DNA of 64,000 bases from an uncultured delta proteobacterium (GTDB lineage: Bacteria; Myxococcota_A; Polyangia; Polyangiales; Polyangiaceae). Below are positions 52,466-62,748 of the stretch, piece after piece. The position numbers and the translations under genes were made by a program. Position 1 is the first letter of the stretch. The number at the start of each line of letters is the position of its first letter. The notes beneath the pieces were generated by a model, which ran no database searches, had not been told where the DNA came from, and worked only from the letters and a program-made list of their open reading frames with translations. The stretch is taken from assembly GCA_963850305.1 (NCBI GenBank), contig CAWKKR010000007.1:192001-256000 (forward strand). Reading direction: 5' to 3'.

Positions 52466-55400
52466 GTGATTGTAGGAGCGCTCGTGCTTCCATGAGATCG
52501 CGAGTTCCGAGTCCTTCGGTGAACCAACCATAGACGCCCGCGAGCAGCTCGCGCGCGGCGTCTCGTTCACCTCCCGAGAGTCTCATCCGCGCGAGACTCA
52601 TCGCGGCCCGGAGTTCGAGCGACTTGGCCCCCTGAGTCCGGGAAACCTCGAGCGCGCGCTCGAACGCAGTCAGCGCCAGGGAATCTTGCGACGGCGTCGA
52701 AAGGCGAAGGAACTCACCTTTCAAACGGTAGAGCTCGGCCGCGTAATACCGATCGTGCTGACGTTCGATCGATTCGAGCGCCCGCCCGACATGAACGAGT
52801 CCTTCTTCGAGTTTTCCGGCGCGCGCACAGGCGGTCGCGAGCCGCGCGGAGAGATATCCGGTATTCAGCGAGGCTCCGGTCTCGAGGAACGCCTCGAGCC
52901 CAGCTTCGATCTCGGTAATTCCCCCGCTGACATCGCCGAGTTCGCACTTCGCGGACCCGATCATGGTTCTGGCCCACGCCTCCCAGAGCGAAAGACCTTG
53001 CTCGGCGCTTACCCCCAGCATCCTCTCCGCGAGCGACAGGACCGCCTCCGGTTCTCGAAGATGGTAGTAGAGATCTGCTGCAAAACTGAGGATACCGGCG
53101 AATGTGAGCGGGTGATTCGTCCGTTCCGCGAGTTCGAGTGCCTTGAGCGCGCTCTCCAGCGCCTGCTCCGGAAAGCCCTGGAACCAATAAACCAGAGCTC
53201 CGTAGCAGTAGCCGTAGGCGAGCGGGTCCTGCCCATACACGAACTGGTGATGGGCGTGTTTCTGCGGATCATAGAGGAGTCGCGCCTGCAGGATATGCTC
53301 GTGGCACGCTCCGAAGCTTCCCTGCCAATACTCGAGGGCTGCCCGTGCCGTGTGCGCCTCGAGGGTGTATTCGGCTTCCCCGAAACTCGCCGCAGCCGCC
53401 TCGAGCTGCTCGACCAGCTCGCGCGCCGAGCGCCCGTCGCCTCGGACGAGAAAGTAAAGAAATAGCCCGAACAGTGCGGGAAACAGGTGCGGTGTGTCGC
53501 CCAGATGGTCGCACAGGACGCGCGCGCGCGCGAACGCTTGCTCGACCTCCGTCGCAGCGTAGCCGCGCACGGCGATGAGCGCCACGCCGCGCATCGTGAC
53601 CAGGAACAGTTCCTGACGATCGCGCTCCGTCGTCTCGGGCGTCCGAAAGAGCGCGTCGAGTCCCCGGCGGAGCTGCCGGCTCGCTTCCACGTTCGCCGAT
53701 CGCGCGATCGAATTCTGTCCGGCGCGGAGCCATCCCGAAAGCGCTGCTTCGGGCATACCTCCCTCGTCGTAGTGATGTGCCAGAACTTCAGGCTGGTTCG
53801 CCGCCGTCAATGGGAATTGCGATTCGAGTACCTCAGCGATCTTGCGGTGATGAGTCTGTCGAGTGGCCTTGAGTAGGGACTCGTACGCCTGTTCTTGTAC
53901 GAGCGCGTGGCGAAAGGCATACACCGGCGGATCGCCGCGACGCTGGAACAGCTCCGCGGCCACGAGGCGGTCGAGCGCGAAGGTCAATTCTCCTTCGGCC
54001 ATCGGTGCAGTAGCCCGGATTAGGTCGAGCGAAAATTCCCGGCCGAGTATCGCGCAATGCTGAGCGAGGTCCTTCGCGGTTCCCAGCTGGTCCAGGCGAG
54101 ACATCAGCGAGTCGCGGAGCGATAGGGGCACGATGGCGCGAGAATTGGCCTTCGCAGTGCCTGACCGCCCGAGTTCTGCCTCGAGTACGGTCTTCGTCAA
54201 TTCCTCGATGAACAGCGGGACCCCGTCCGACCGATTGACGATCTCTCGTACGAGGACGTCGTCGAGGCGGCCGCGCGTGGTTTCGAGGTTGCGCGCGACG
54301 TCGGCCGCGTCGTTCCGCGTGAGCCGACTCAGCAAGATCTGAGTGACGGGTGGCAGATTGACCCACCTGACGTGAAAGCCTGGCCGATGCGTCGCGACAA
54401 TCAGGAGCCTCCTGTCGGCAATGCGTTCGACCAATCGAGCCAGCATCTCCAGCGTCGTTGGATCGAGCCAGTGCAGATCCTCGAACAAGGCGATCACGGG
54501 TCGCTCATCGGTCTGTCGAACGAACCATTCGAGCAATAGCTCGAGGGTTTTTCGCCGTAGGGCCTCCGGCGTCTGGGTGAGCGACGCGAGGCGCGGAGCT
54601 GGATTCAGCGAGTGAAGCCCGGCAAAGAGCGCCAGATTCTCGGATGACCCGAGGTCTAGCCGGATGAGCGAGCGAGAGAGCGCGTCGAGCTTTTGCTCCG
54701 CGGTCTCGAGTGCGCCGAGCCCGAGTACATCCTCCTGCAGTCCCACGACGGGATGAAGCGCCGTATCCTCGGTGTACGAGGAGCCGCGGCTCTCGAGCCA
54801 CGAATGATCTCGCGAACCGATCTCGTCTCGCAGCGCGCGCAGTAGCCGACTTTTGCCGATCCCGGCTTCCCCGCAGATCAGGACGACCTGGCCGCGCGCT
54901 TCAGTGGCAAGCTCCCACCGGTCGAGCAAGAGTCCGAGCTCTTGTCGACGACCCACCATCGGAGTGAGCAGCGCGTCGTGAGAATCTGCGGCAGTCCGGG
55001 CAGGTTTCGCTCGGATCGCGCGGTAGACGGGCGTCGGCTTCGAGATACCCTTCAGCGCGCGAACTCCCAGGTCCTCCGTGACGAACTGACGGCGCACGAG
55101 ACGAAAGGTCGAATGACTCAGCACCACGGTGTTCGACGAAGCTAGCTCTTGAAGGCGCGCGGCCACGTTCGTCGTGTCGCCGAGCGCGAGCGTTTCCTTC
55201 CGTGAGCTCGGGCCGATCTCGCCGACGACGACCGTTCCCGTGTGGACGCCGACCCGCGCCGCGAGGCGCACACCGTGGCGGGACACCACCGGTTCGAGTT
55301 CGAGGAGCGCATCGATGAGTCGAAGTCCGGCGCGAACCGCGCGAAGCGCGTCGTCCTCGTGAGCGGACGGATATCCGAAGTACGCGACGACCCCGTCACC

Positions 55401-55700
55401 AAGATACTGTGCGACGTAGCCGCCGAATCGCTCGATCGCCTCGCCGCACGCGCCCTGATATTCTCCGACGATCTCGCGCCAGTCTTCGGGGTCGAGTCGC
55501 GATGCCATGGCGGTAGAGCCGACGAGGTCGCTGAAGAGCACCGTCAGCTGTCGACGTTCCGCGGACGACCCAGGAGGACCGCCCTCCGCGGACTTCGCCC
55601 GGCGCGACGAAGAGGCGCCGGCGTCTCCTACGGCTTCGCCACACTCCGAGCAGAATTTGCCTCCCGGGGAAAGCTCGAAGCCGCACGCGTCGCATCGCAT
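52458..55700 (-). CDS. Zn-ribbon + class III adenylate/guanylate cyclase + STAND/AAA ATPase + TPR protein
   Basis: CxxC pairs, FSDLVGST, YLGDG, GDTTNVAARL, GEAGIGKS, FEDLHWLD, GVPLF and a TPR C-terminus. Confidence 0.92.
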   Translation of the reverse strand: MRCDACGFELSPGGKFCSECGEAVGDAGASSSRRAKSAEGGPPGSSAERRQLTVLFSDLVGSTAMASRLDPEDWREIVGEYQGACGEAIERFGGYVAQYLGDGVVAYFGYPSAHEDDALRAVRAGLRLIDALLELEPVVSRHGVRLAARVGVHTGTVVVGEIGPSSRKETLALGDTTNVAARLQELASSNTVVLSHSTFRLVRRQFVTEDLGVRALKGISKPTPVYRAIRAKPARTAADSHDALLTPMVGRRQELGLLLDRWELATEARGQVVLICGEAGIGKSRLLRALRDEIGSRDHSWLESRGSSYTEDTALHPVVGLQEDVLGLGALETAEQKLDALSRSLIRLDLGSSENLALFAGLHSLNPAPRLASLTQTPEALRRKTLELLLEWFVRQTDERPVIALFEDLHWLDPTTLEMLARLVERIADRRLLIVATHRPGFHVRWVNLPPVTQILLSRLTRNDAADVARNLETTRGRLDDVLVREIVNRSDGVPLFIEELTKTVLEAELGRSGTAKANSRAIVPLSLRDSLMSRLDQLGTAKDLAQHCAILGREFSLDLIRATAPMAEGELTFALDRLVAAELFQRRGDPPVYAFRHALVQEQAYESLLKATRQTHHRKIAEVLESQFPLTAANQPEVLAHHYDEGGMPEAALSGWLRAGQNSIARSANVEASRQLRRGLDALFRTPETTERDRQELFLVTMRGVALIAVRGYAATEVEQAFARARVLCDHLGDTPHLFPALFGLFLYFLVRGDGRSARELVEQLEAAAASFGEAEYTLEAHTARAALEYWQGSFGACHEHILQARLLYDPQKHAHHQFVYGQDPLAYGYCYGALVYWFQGFPEQALESALKALELAERTNHPLTFAGILSFAADLYYHLREPEAVLSLAERMLGVSAEQGLSLWEAWARTMIGSAKCELGDVSGGITEIEAGLEAFLETGASLNTGYLSARLATACARAGKLEEGLVHVGRALESIERQHDRYYAAELYRLKGEFLRLSTPSQDSLALTAFERALEVSRTQGAKSLELRAAMSLARMRLSGGERDAARELLAGVYGWFTEGLGTRDLMEARALLQSLT

Positions 55701-55799
55701 CGACGCGGATGATACGTGTCATTTGGGTGGTCGCGAAGAGTGTCATCTCGTGGCCCCGCTGCGGGCTGCCGCGAGGTCGTGTAAGCTGGCCTGCGGTGC

Positions 55800-57230
55800 A
55801 TGAAGCGTGAGCGACGACCCGAGGGACCGCGTTCCGGAGATGCCGAAGGAACGCTGCGGTCCCTCGATCGGCTCGTGGCGCCGGAGGCGGCGCGCGGGAA
55901 TACGACGCCGACCCTCGAGCCCCGCTCGCAGCGAGGCGAGCCGATGTCGTGGCCCGAACTCCCGTCACCTGCGCGATTTCGAGATGTCGGCGAGATCGCT
56001 CGCGGCGGGATGGGCTCGGTGCGCCGTGTCTACGACACTCTTCTCCGTCGCGAAGTTGCCATGAAGATCGGTGATCCAGGCAACCCTTCGTATGCCCAGA
56101 CGGCGCTGCGTTTCATGGAGGAGGCGCAGATCACCGGACAGCTCGATCATCCGAACATCGTCGCGGTCCACGATCTGGGGACGGGAAACGACGGCGTGGG
56201 TGTCTTCTTCACGATGAAGCTCGTCGAGGGAGAGACGCTCACGAGCTACATTCGGAACCTCCATCGCGCGGACTACGATCATCGAGCGATCGAACGGGTG
56301 CTCCTGATCTTTCTCAAGATCTGCGACGCACTTTCATTCGCACACAGCCGCGGCGTCGTTCACAGGGATCTGAAACCAGACAACGTCATGGTCGGAAGCC
56401 ATGGACAGGTTTACCTGATGGACTGGGGCGTTGCGCTCCTCTCACGTGCGACTGACGTGCCGCGCGGAGAGCCGCTCCCGAGCCCCGTGACGTTGTCGAG
56501 CGATCTGTCGAATGAGACGCGCGATGAGACCGGCGCGATCGTCGGCACCTTCGAATACATGGCACCCGAACAGGCATGGGGGCGCACGCGCGACATCGAT
56601 GCGCGTACCGACGTGTTCGGTCTCGGGGCGATCCTCTACCAGCTGCTCACCGGTCGAGGTCCGAACGCCGCCGAGAACGCGTTCGAGACGCTACAACGTG
56701 CCCAACGAGGTCGCGCCGATCCGCCGGAGTCGCATCGCGCGTGGCCGCACCTGCCGCCGGGGCTCTGTCGTATCACGATGAAAGCCTTGTCGAAGAATCG
56801 CGACGAGCGGTACCCCAGCGTCGCAGATATGCGTGAGGACGTGGAGGAACTGCTGCGAGGTGGCGGATGGTTCGACACCCGGGTCTTCCCGCCCGGGACC
56901 ATTCTGGTGCAGCAGGGCGAAACTGCGGAGGCCGCGTTCATCATCGCGAGCGGGACGTGTGACGTTTATCGCGAGGTCGGCGCGGACCGAGTCGCTCTTC
57001 GAAGGCTGGGGCCGGGCGACGTCTTCGGGGAGACGGCCGTCCTCACCGGAGAGCCGCGGACCGCCAGCGTCGTGGCCGTGGACGAGGTCACGTTGAAGAT
57101 CGTCACTCGAGATGCCCTCGAGCGAGAACTCGGCCGAGCGTCGTGGTCCGGTGCATTCGTGCGGGCACTCGCGGAACGGTTTCGCGACGTCGACGAGCGT
57201 CTGGCACAGCTGCGCGACAGAAAGGCGTGA
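55800..57230 (+). CDS. Ser/Thr protein kinase with C-terminal cyclic-nucleotide-binding domain
   Basis: ARGGMG, HRDLKPDN, DWG and APE, plus the phosphate-binding cassette FGETAVLTGEPRTASV. The start may be 55944. Confidence 0.9.
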   Translation: MKRERRPEGPRSGDAEGTLRSLDRLVAPEAARGNTTPTLEPRSQRGEPMSWPELPSPARFRDVGEIARGGMGSVRRVYDTLLRREVAMKIGDPGNPSYAQTALRFMEEAQITGQLDHPNIVAVHDLGTGNDGVGVFFTMKLVEGETLTSYIRNLHRADYDHRAIERVLLIFLKICDALSFAHSRGVVHRDLKPDNVMVGSHGQVYLMDWGVALLSRATDVPRGEPLPSPVTLSSDLSNETRDETGAIVGTFEYMAPEQAWGRTRDIDARTDVFGLGAILYQLLTGRGPNAAENAFETLQRAQRGRADPPESHRAWPHLPPGLCRITMKALSKNRDERYPSVADMREDVEELLRGGGWFDTRVFPPGTILVQQGETAEAAFIIASGTCDVYREVGADRVALRRLGPGDVFGETAVLTGEPRTASVVAVDEVTLKIVTRDALERELGRASWSGAFVRALAERFRDVDERLAQLRDRKA

Positions 57231-57243
57231 CCCGTCCACACCC

Positions 57244-58365
57244 TCACTTCGCTGCCGGTGTCGCGGCCGCCGTCGCTGCTCGGGACGGCGCGGTCGGCGT
57301 GGTGGCGACGGGCGGGCCACCAGGAAGTTTTGCCAAACCCAATGCGTCGAGCTGCATCATCGGGATGAGCACCACATTCCGCTTCGCGTCGTACCCGATG
57401 TCGGCGGGCGATTTCACCCCGGGGATCACGGAGATGAACGTTCCCCCCGGCGTCCCGCGAAGAACCGACGACGACTCCCAGCTCGAAACCAGCGCCGTTC
57501 CGTCGGCGAGCCGCGCGAGTCCGTCGAGGGAGCCGACCGGAAGCTTCTGCGCGGCGTCCTCCTTCCCGTTCTTGTCGACGTGAAAGAGTTCCCCCGAGCC
57601 CAGGGTGACAACCCACACGCCCGCTTCGTCCGCGGCGAGTCCGTTCGGGTGCCCGAGATCTTTGCTCGCTATGAGCTTCCTGACGCGGCCTGAGTTGATC
57701 TCGTACACGGCGTCGCTACCCGTCGGGTCGAACCCATTCTTCCCGAGCTTGATGCCGCTGTCGGAGACGTAGACCGTGCCGTCCGCAGCCGTCGCGATGT
57801 CGTTCAGGAACGTTGCTCCAGGAATTCCGATCTTGCCCTTCGATGCCCCGGTCCTGCGATCGAAGATCCGAACGAAGGTCAGATCCGCGACGTAGAGGAG
57901 GTCGCCGACGATGCCCAGACCCTTCGGCGCATTGAGGTCGGTGCCCTTTTTTGCTCCATCGATCCACTTGAGGGCGACGACTTTGCCGTCGGGCCCGATC
58001 TTCGAGATGAAGCCGTTATGATCGGCGTCGAACGGCTTTCCATTGACGTTGCTGACGAAGTACTCGTCCTGGTCCGCGTCGTAGAGCGCCGACTCCGGAG
58101 CCAGAAGTCCGATGTTCGTCAGCACCACGGGCTGCTCGGCGACCGGCGCCGAGGCAGCAGGCGCGGCGGTGGGAGTCGGCACGGCTGTCGGTAGCGGGGG
58201 TTCCATCAGGATCGGCGCAGGGGGCGCGGCGCTTCCTGGCGCCTGGGGAGCTCCCAGAGACACCTGGTTCTCATGCGAACAAGCGGTGAGGACCAGCGCC
58301 GCAAGGAGCGTGCACGACCTGGACGAGGACGATTCGCGGACGGAAATGAACGGGCGTCGAGTCAT
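57244..58365 (-). CDS. SMP-30/gluconolactonase-like beta-propeller lipoprotein
   Basis: APES, LNAPKG, FLNDIA, PNGL, LDG and PADIG motifs. Lipobox LTAC. Confidence 0.8.
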   Translation of the reverse strand: MTRRPFISVRESSSSRSCTLLAALVLTACSHENQVSLGAPQAPGSAAPPAPILMEPPLPTAVPTPTAAPAASAPVAEQPVVLTNIGLLAPESALYDADQDEYFVSNVNGKPFDADHNGFISKIGPDGKVVALKWIDGAKKGTDLNAPKGLGIVGDLLYVADLTFVRIFDRRTGASKGKIGIPGATFLNDIATAADGTVYVSDSGIKLGKNGFDPTGSDAVYEINSGRVRKLIASKDLGHPNGLAADEAGVWVVTLGSGELFHVDKNGKEDAAQKLPVGSLDGLARLADGTALVSSWESSSVLRGTPGGTFISVIPGVKSPADIGYDAKRNVVLIPMMQLDALGLAKLPGGPPVATTPTAPSRAATAAATPAAK

Positions 58366-58382
58366 CGAAGAACCGGTTGCGA

Positions 58383-58865
58383 TCAGCCGTAGACGAGGCG
58401 CGAGAGTGTCTCTGCGACACAGCCCGGCTTTGCTTCGCCCTCGATTTCGACGGTAACCTTTTGCTTCAACTGGATGGTGTTGGGAGGCACGAGGTCCGCC
58501 GAGATCAACTCTCTCCGTGCGCGGACCTTCGAGTTCACCTTCACCGGGTTCGGGAAGCGTACTTTATCGAGCCCGTAGTTGATGCCCATCATCAGCCCCT
58601 CGTACATCGCAGGGTCGACCGGTTTGATGCTGGAGCCCAGGTACGGGATGAGCGACAGGGTCAGAAAGCCGTGGGCGATGGTCGTCTTGTAGGGAGACAT
58701 CTTCGCCGCGAGCTCGGGATCCGTGTGGATGAATTGCCGATCGAGGGTCGCGTCGCCGAAGAGATTGATCTCCGTCTGATCGATCGTGTGCCAGTCGCTA
58801 AGACCTTCTGCCTTGCCTTCGAACTTCTTCAGGACCTCGAGTGCCTTTTCCGCGTTGCTCGCCAT
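58383..58865 (-). CDS. MaoC-like dehydratase
   Basis: FGDATLDRQFIH, IAHGFLTLSL and NYGLDKVRF. Confidence 0.9.
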   Translation of the reverse strand: MASNAEKALEVLKKFEGKAEGLSDWHTIDQTEINLFGDATLDRQFIHTDPELAAKMSPYKTTIAHGFLTLSLIPYLGSSIKPVDPAMYEGLMMGINYGLDKVRFPNPVKVNSKVRARRELISADLVPPNTIQLKQKVTVEIEGEAKPGCVAETLSRLVYG

Positions 58866-58923
58866 GGTGATCTCATAGTCGACCAGCCGACGCCGGTAAA
58901 CGGCGAGGGCGCGCGCAGGCGGG

Positions 58924-60141
58924 TCAGTCGCGGCCGGCGTCCGCCGCGCCACCTTCGCCGAGGCCGGCGTCCTTCGCGCCCCCGCGGTCCTTCGGTCGGC
59001 CCGCGTCCGGTTCGGTCGAGCCGCAGCTTCCGGGGAGGGCGGCGATCCACCCTTCGATGACCGCGAGCCCTTCCTCGTGGACGAGATTCCGCCCGAGGGG
59101 CGGCATCTTCGTTTTTGCGTCCGTTGCTTGCATTCGGCAGCTGAAGACCGAATTGCCCGGCTGTCCGGGCACGACATCGAACTGGCGGCCGCAGGTTCCG
59201 CCCCCGGCCGACGCAGGTACCTTGCAGACTCCATACGTCGCCGACACTGCGATCGCCGGATCCGTCGAGTCATAATCGAGCCAGAGCCCGCTCAACGAGC
59301 CAGGTGAATCACCCGGCTGATGGCAATGAGCGCAGTTGCCTTCGAGGTACGATCGGGCGCGATCCGAGAGCGGCGCAATACCCAGTGGATCCACCAGTCG
59401 GACCCGCGACGCCTCTGCATTGGGCGCGACGTCGAAGAAGCCGAGCTTTGCGAGATGGTCGATTTGATTTTCCGCGCCGTCTCCGTAGTCGTTGTCGCGG
59501 TCGAGCTGCCGCGTTCGGCCTCCGATCGTGTTCGTCGACCCGAGGCGTCCGTGACACGTCCGGCAATCGTTCTCGTTCGGAACGACGTAGTCGTTGTCGG
59601 TGGGCGTCCCCGAAGAATCGATGAAGTGGCTCGGGATCGTCGTGCCCCCCTCCTCGAGCGTCGCATCGGTCTGTGCCGCATTCCAGACGTAGGTGTGCGG
59701 CGTCCAACCCACGGACTCGTGGATCAGCAGCCGCGTTTCGAGATAAGTCTCGCCCTTGCTCGGGTCGCGCAAATCCGCGAGATACGAGAACGTCTTCACC
59801 AGGATCGTGCCGACCGGGAAGGCCCACTTGTCCGTCGGCGAGTAGCCGATCGTTTCCCCTGCCGGCACGTAGATGAATCGCCGCTTCGTGGCGTAATCCG
59901 CGAAGAGCTGGGAGATCACCTGGTAGGGAACGACTCGCTGCGACGGTAGTTGCCGTACGAGATTCTGGAAGAGGTGCCACTCCGAAAGCGTCTCGAAGGG
60001 GGAACCCTCGGGGGCCGGCGTGACGCCGCCGTCAGGCGATGCGCCGGATCGCCCCGCATCCGACGGGAGGGTCGAGGTGTGACTCGACGAGCAGCCCCCG
60101 CACGCGATGCCTGCGAGGAGGGTGATCGCCAGGCGGCTCAT
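58924..60141 (-). CDS. SO2930/HNE_0200-type (TIGR03806-like) di-heme cytochrome c lipoprotein
   Basis: LFADYATKRR, FPVGTILVKTF, ETRLL, CRTCH, ARSYLEGNCAHCH and MPPLGR. Confidence 0.85.
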   Translation of the reverse strand: MSRLAITLLAGIACGGCSSSHTSTLPSDAGRSGASPDGGVTPAPEGSPFETLSEWHLFQNLVRQLPSQRVVPYQVISQLFADYATKRRFIYVPAGETIGYSPTDKWAFPVGTILVKTFSYLADLRDPSKGETYLETRLLIHESVGWTPHTYVWNAAQTDATLEEGGTTIPSHFIDSSGTPTDNDYVVPNENDCRTCHGRLGSTNTIGGRTRQLDRDNDYGDGAENQIDHLAKLGFFDVAPNAEASRVRLVDPLGIAPLSDRARSYLEGNCAHCHQPGDSPGSLSGLWLDYDSTDPAIAVSATYGVCKVPASAGGGTCGRQFDVVPGQPGNSVFSCRMQATDAKTKMPPLGRNLVHEEGLAVIEGWIAALPGSCGSTEPDAGRPKDRGGAKDAGLGEGGAADAGRD

Positions 60142-60154
60142 GTGGTGAGAAGCG

Positions 60155-61229
60155 TTACCTGTTGATGCTGAAACCATCGATCGGAATCGCGAGACCACTC
60201 GGCACCTCGCTGGGTCTGGTCGGGGAGAGGGATGTATCGAACAAGCCCTTCGAGATGAAGGCCGTGAGGTCCGCGAGCGAACCGTCGTCGAGCGGAAGGG
60301 CCCCGTCATTCGCGGCACTGAACGTCACCTCGTGGGCGACCGCGTCGGCGAGCGTCGTGACGGCTCCGGTATGGAAGAACGGCCCCGTGTCGTGCGCGTT
60401 GCGAAGCGTCGGCACCTTGAATCGGTTGCGGTCCGACTCGAGCCCGGTGACCTCGAAACGACCCATATCCTCGACGCCCGGGATAGCGGCGACGCCGCGA
60501 TCTTCGAAGCGCTCGCTCGAAAACAGCGGCGGCACGTGACAGGTCGCGCACCCCTCGCTCCCGAGGAGCGCCATTCCACGACGGAGTTGCGGGTCGAGCG
60601 CGGCGTCGTCCCCGGCCGCGTAGGCGTCGTAGAGCGAGTGCCTCGTCACGAGAGTCCTCTCGAACGACGTGATCGCTTGCACGTAGGTCGTCTCGGTAAT
60701 CGCCGGGACCTGGTCCGGGAACGCTTGCCCGAACAGCGCAGCGTAGGCCGGAGTGGCAGCGACGTCGGCCACGACGTCGGAGAGACTCCGAATCGAACTC
60801 TTCGGTTGCGTCGAACGGGAAGTGGACCTGATCTTCGATCGACTGGGCGCGGCCGTCCCAGAATGCCGTCCCGCGGAAGGCGACGTTCCAGAGCGTCATC
60901 GCGTTGCGACGCGTTTCGTTGGCCCCTTCCCGTCCCGGCCCCGCGAGGAGCCCCGCGCCGTTGCCGACCGAGACCGGGAGCCCGTCGCTCATACCCCAGA
61001 ACTCGCTGTGACACGTCGCGCAGGCTACCTGCTGATCGATGGATGAGATCGGGTCGTAGAAGAGCAGCCGCCCGAGCGCGACCTTCGAATCGGTGACGGG
61101 ATTGTCCGCTGGGACCGACGGGGAAGGGAACGCCGTCACCGGCCAAGGTGTGCGGTCCGCGGCGTCGCCGCCGTCCGAGGGCGCATCCCCCGAAGTATGT
61201 CTTGACGCACCGCAGGCCGTCGCGAGCAT
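60155..61229 (-). CDS. Di-heme cytochrome c peroxidase family (CcP/MauG/MbnH-like) protein, apparent frameshift near 60791
   Basis: DNPVT, LGRLLFYD, CATCH, FWDGRA, a second CATCH, FKVPTLRN and PFFHTG. Confidence 0.85.
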
Positions 61230-61231
61230 GG

Positions 61232-62584
61232 TCAAGGCGAGAGCGCCGGAATATCGAGCGTGCACTTGTGCGCCGTGACGTCCGTCGAGTAGCCGGAGGG
61301 TGTACCGAGCGACGTGTCGCCGTGGAAATTGACGAAGCTCTGCTGCTCGGTCGCGCCGAGACAGATCTGCGCCGCCGCGTCGCCCGTGACGCCCGCGTCG
61401 CCATAGCCGTCGGGGTTCAGGATGCCGTCCCACGCTACGTCGTACGGGATTTTGGACGTGCCGCCGTCAGCGGCGGGGTTCAAGAGGGCATACGCACCCT
61501 GGGGCGTCGTGCCGTTGTTGGTGAAGACGTTGTCGTGCACGTAGATCTGATACGGCCACTGTGGGGTCGTCGGATCGATTTGCGATGGCGTTCCGCCGTT
61601 CAATGCCGCAAGGTCGTTGATGATGGTGAAGCTCGCGATGAGCACCGCCACACCGCCGTTGTTCGAGATGGTATTTTTTGAAATGTCCACCTGAGTGGAC
61701 GCAAATACCAGTATGCCCGTGCCGGTGGGAGCGGTCGCGGCGAGCGTGTTGTTCTTGGCGGCGAAGTTGAAACCGTTGTTGTCATGCACCTTGTTGTCGT
61801 GCACGTGATAATCCTCGGCCACCTTCTGCTGGAGAAACGGCAATCGATCCAGCAGGATGCCCGTGGTGTTGTCGTGGACGTCGTTGTCGTAGACGTCCGC
61901 GCCGATCGAGTTTTCGACCTCGATACCCAGCACGTTGTTGTGAGCCTCGTTGTCGTGCGCGATGACGTGGTCGCATTGCCCGGCATAAACGCCCGAGTCC
62001 GAGGAGCCGTAGACTTCGCAGTTCTCGATGACCGTGTTCACGCACCCCGTCGGATAGATCGCGTAGCCGCCGCTGAGGGGGCCCGCGTCGTTCGAGCCGA
62101 TCGTCTGGTCCCACCCGACTTTGATGTTGTCGAACGTGGAGTTGTCGGCTTGAACTTTGATGCCGTCTGCACTCGTGTTCTTGATCCACAGGTTTTCGAT
62201 CGTGAATCCGTCGGTGGTCACCGAGATGCCGGCGTCCCCGCTCGTCTGGGTCGCGAAATCGAGGATGACGTCCTCGCGCGTCGGGCCGGTGCCTCGGAAC
62301 GTGACGTTCGCCGCGGCCGAGAGCGAAATCTGATCGTCGATCTCGTAGGTGCCCGGCGCGAAACAGACGATGTCTCCAGTATGCACTCGAGTATCCAGCG
62401 CGGCCTGGATGTCCTTCTGATCGTCGGCGCCCGGCGAGAGGGTCATCGTGCATGTGGCACCGGCGTCACCGGCGTCAGTCGAGGTCGGACCCTCGTTCTT
62501 CGTCGAACTGCTGCTGCACCCACACGTCACCGCGAGCTGAAGGATGAGAATGCGGCCAGGCTGGGACCAGAATTTGATGTGCAC
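61232..62584 (-). CDS. Parallel beta-helix repeat lipoprotein (TIGR03805-like)
   Basis: DGIK, GYAIYP, DSGVYAGQ, NVLGIEVENS, NTTGIL and PTGTGIL. Start uncertain (GTG about 62584). Confidence 0.85.
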   Translation of the reverse strand: MHIKFWSQPGRILILQLAVTCGCSSSSTKNEGPTSTDAGDAGATCTMTLSPGADDQKDIQAALDTRVHTGDIVCFAPGTYEIDDQISLSAAANVTFRGTGPTREDVILDFATQTSGDAGISVTTDGFTIENLWIKNTSADGIKVQADNSTFDNIKVGWDQTIGSNDAGPLSGGYAIYPTGCVNTVIENCEVYGSSDSGVYAGQCDHVIAHDNEAHNNVLGIEVENSIGADVYDNDVHDNTTGILLDRLPFLQQKVAEDYHVHDNKVHDNNGFNFAAKNNTLAATAPTGTGILVFASTQVDISKNTISNNGGVAVLIASFTIINDLAALNGGTPSQIDPTTPQWPYQIYVHDNVFTNNGTTPQGAYALLNPAADGGTSKIPYDVAWDGILNPDGYGDAGVTGDAAAQICLGATEQQSFVNFHGDTSLGTPSGYSTDVTAHKCTLDIPALSP

Positions 62585-62748
62585 GGCTGGCGCTCCGGGT
62601 TCGAGGATAAGGATTTCCTGAGCGGGAACCGCGCAGTGTCGCACTTCGTCCCCATGCCGAGCAAGACTAGGAGACGAAGGCGCCCGCGAGGGCGTCCCGG
62701 GTATCAGCTGCCGGAAGTCCAGTATTTCCGCGTCAGTGCAGTGAGCCG

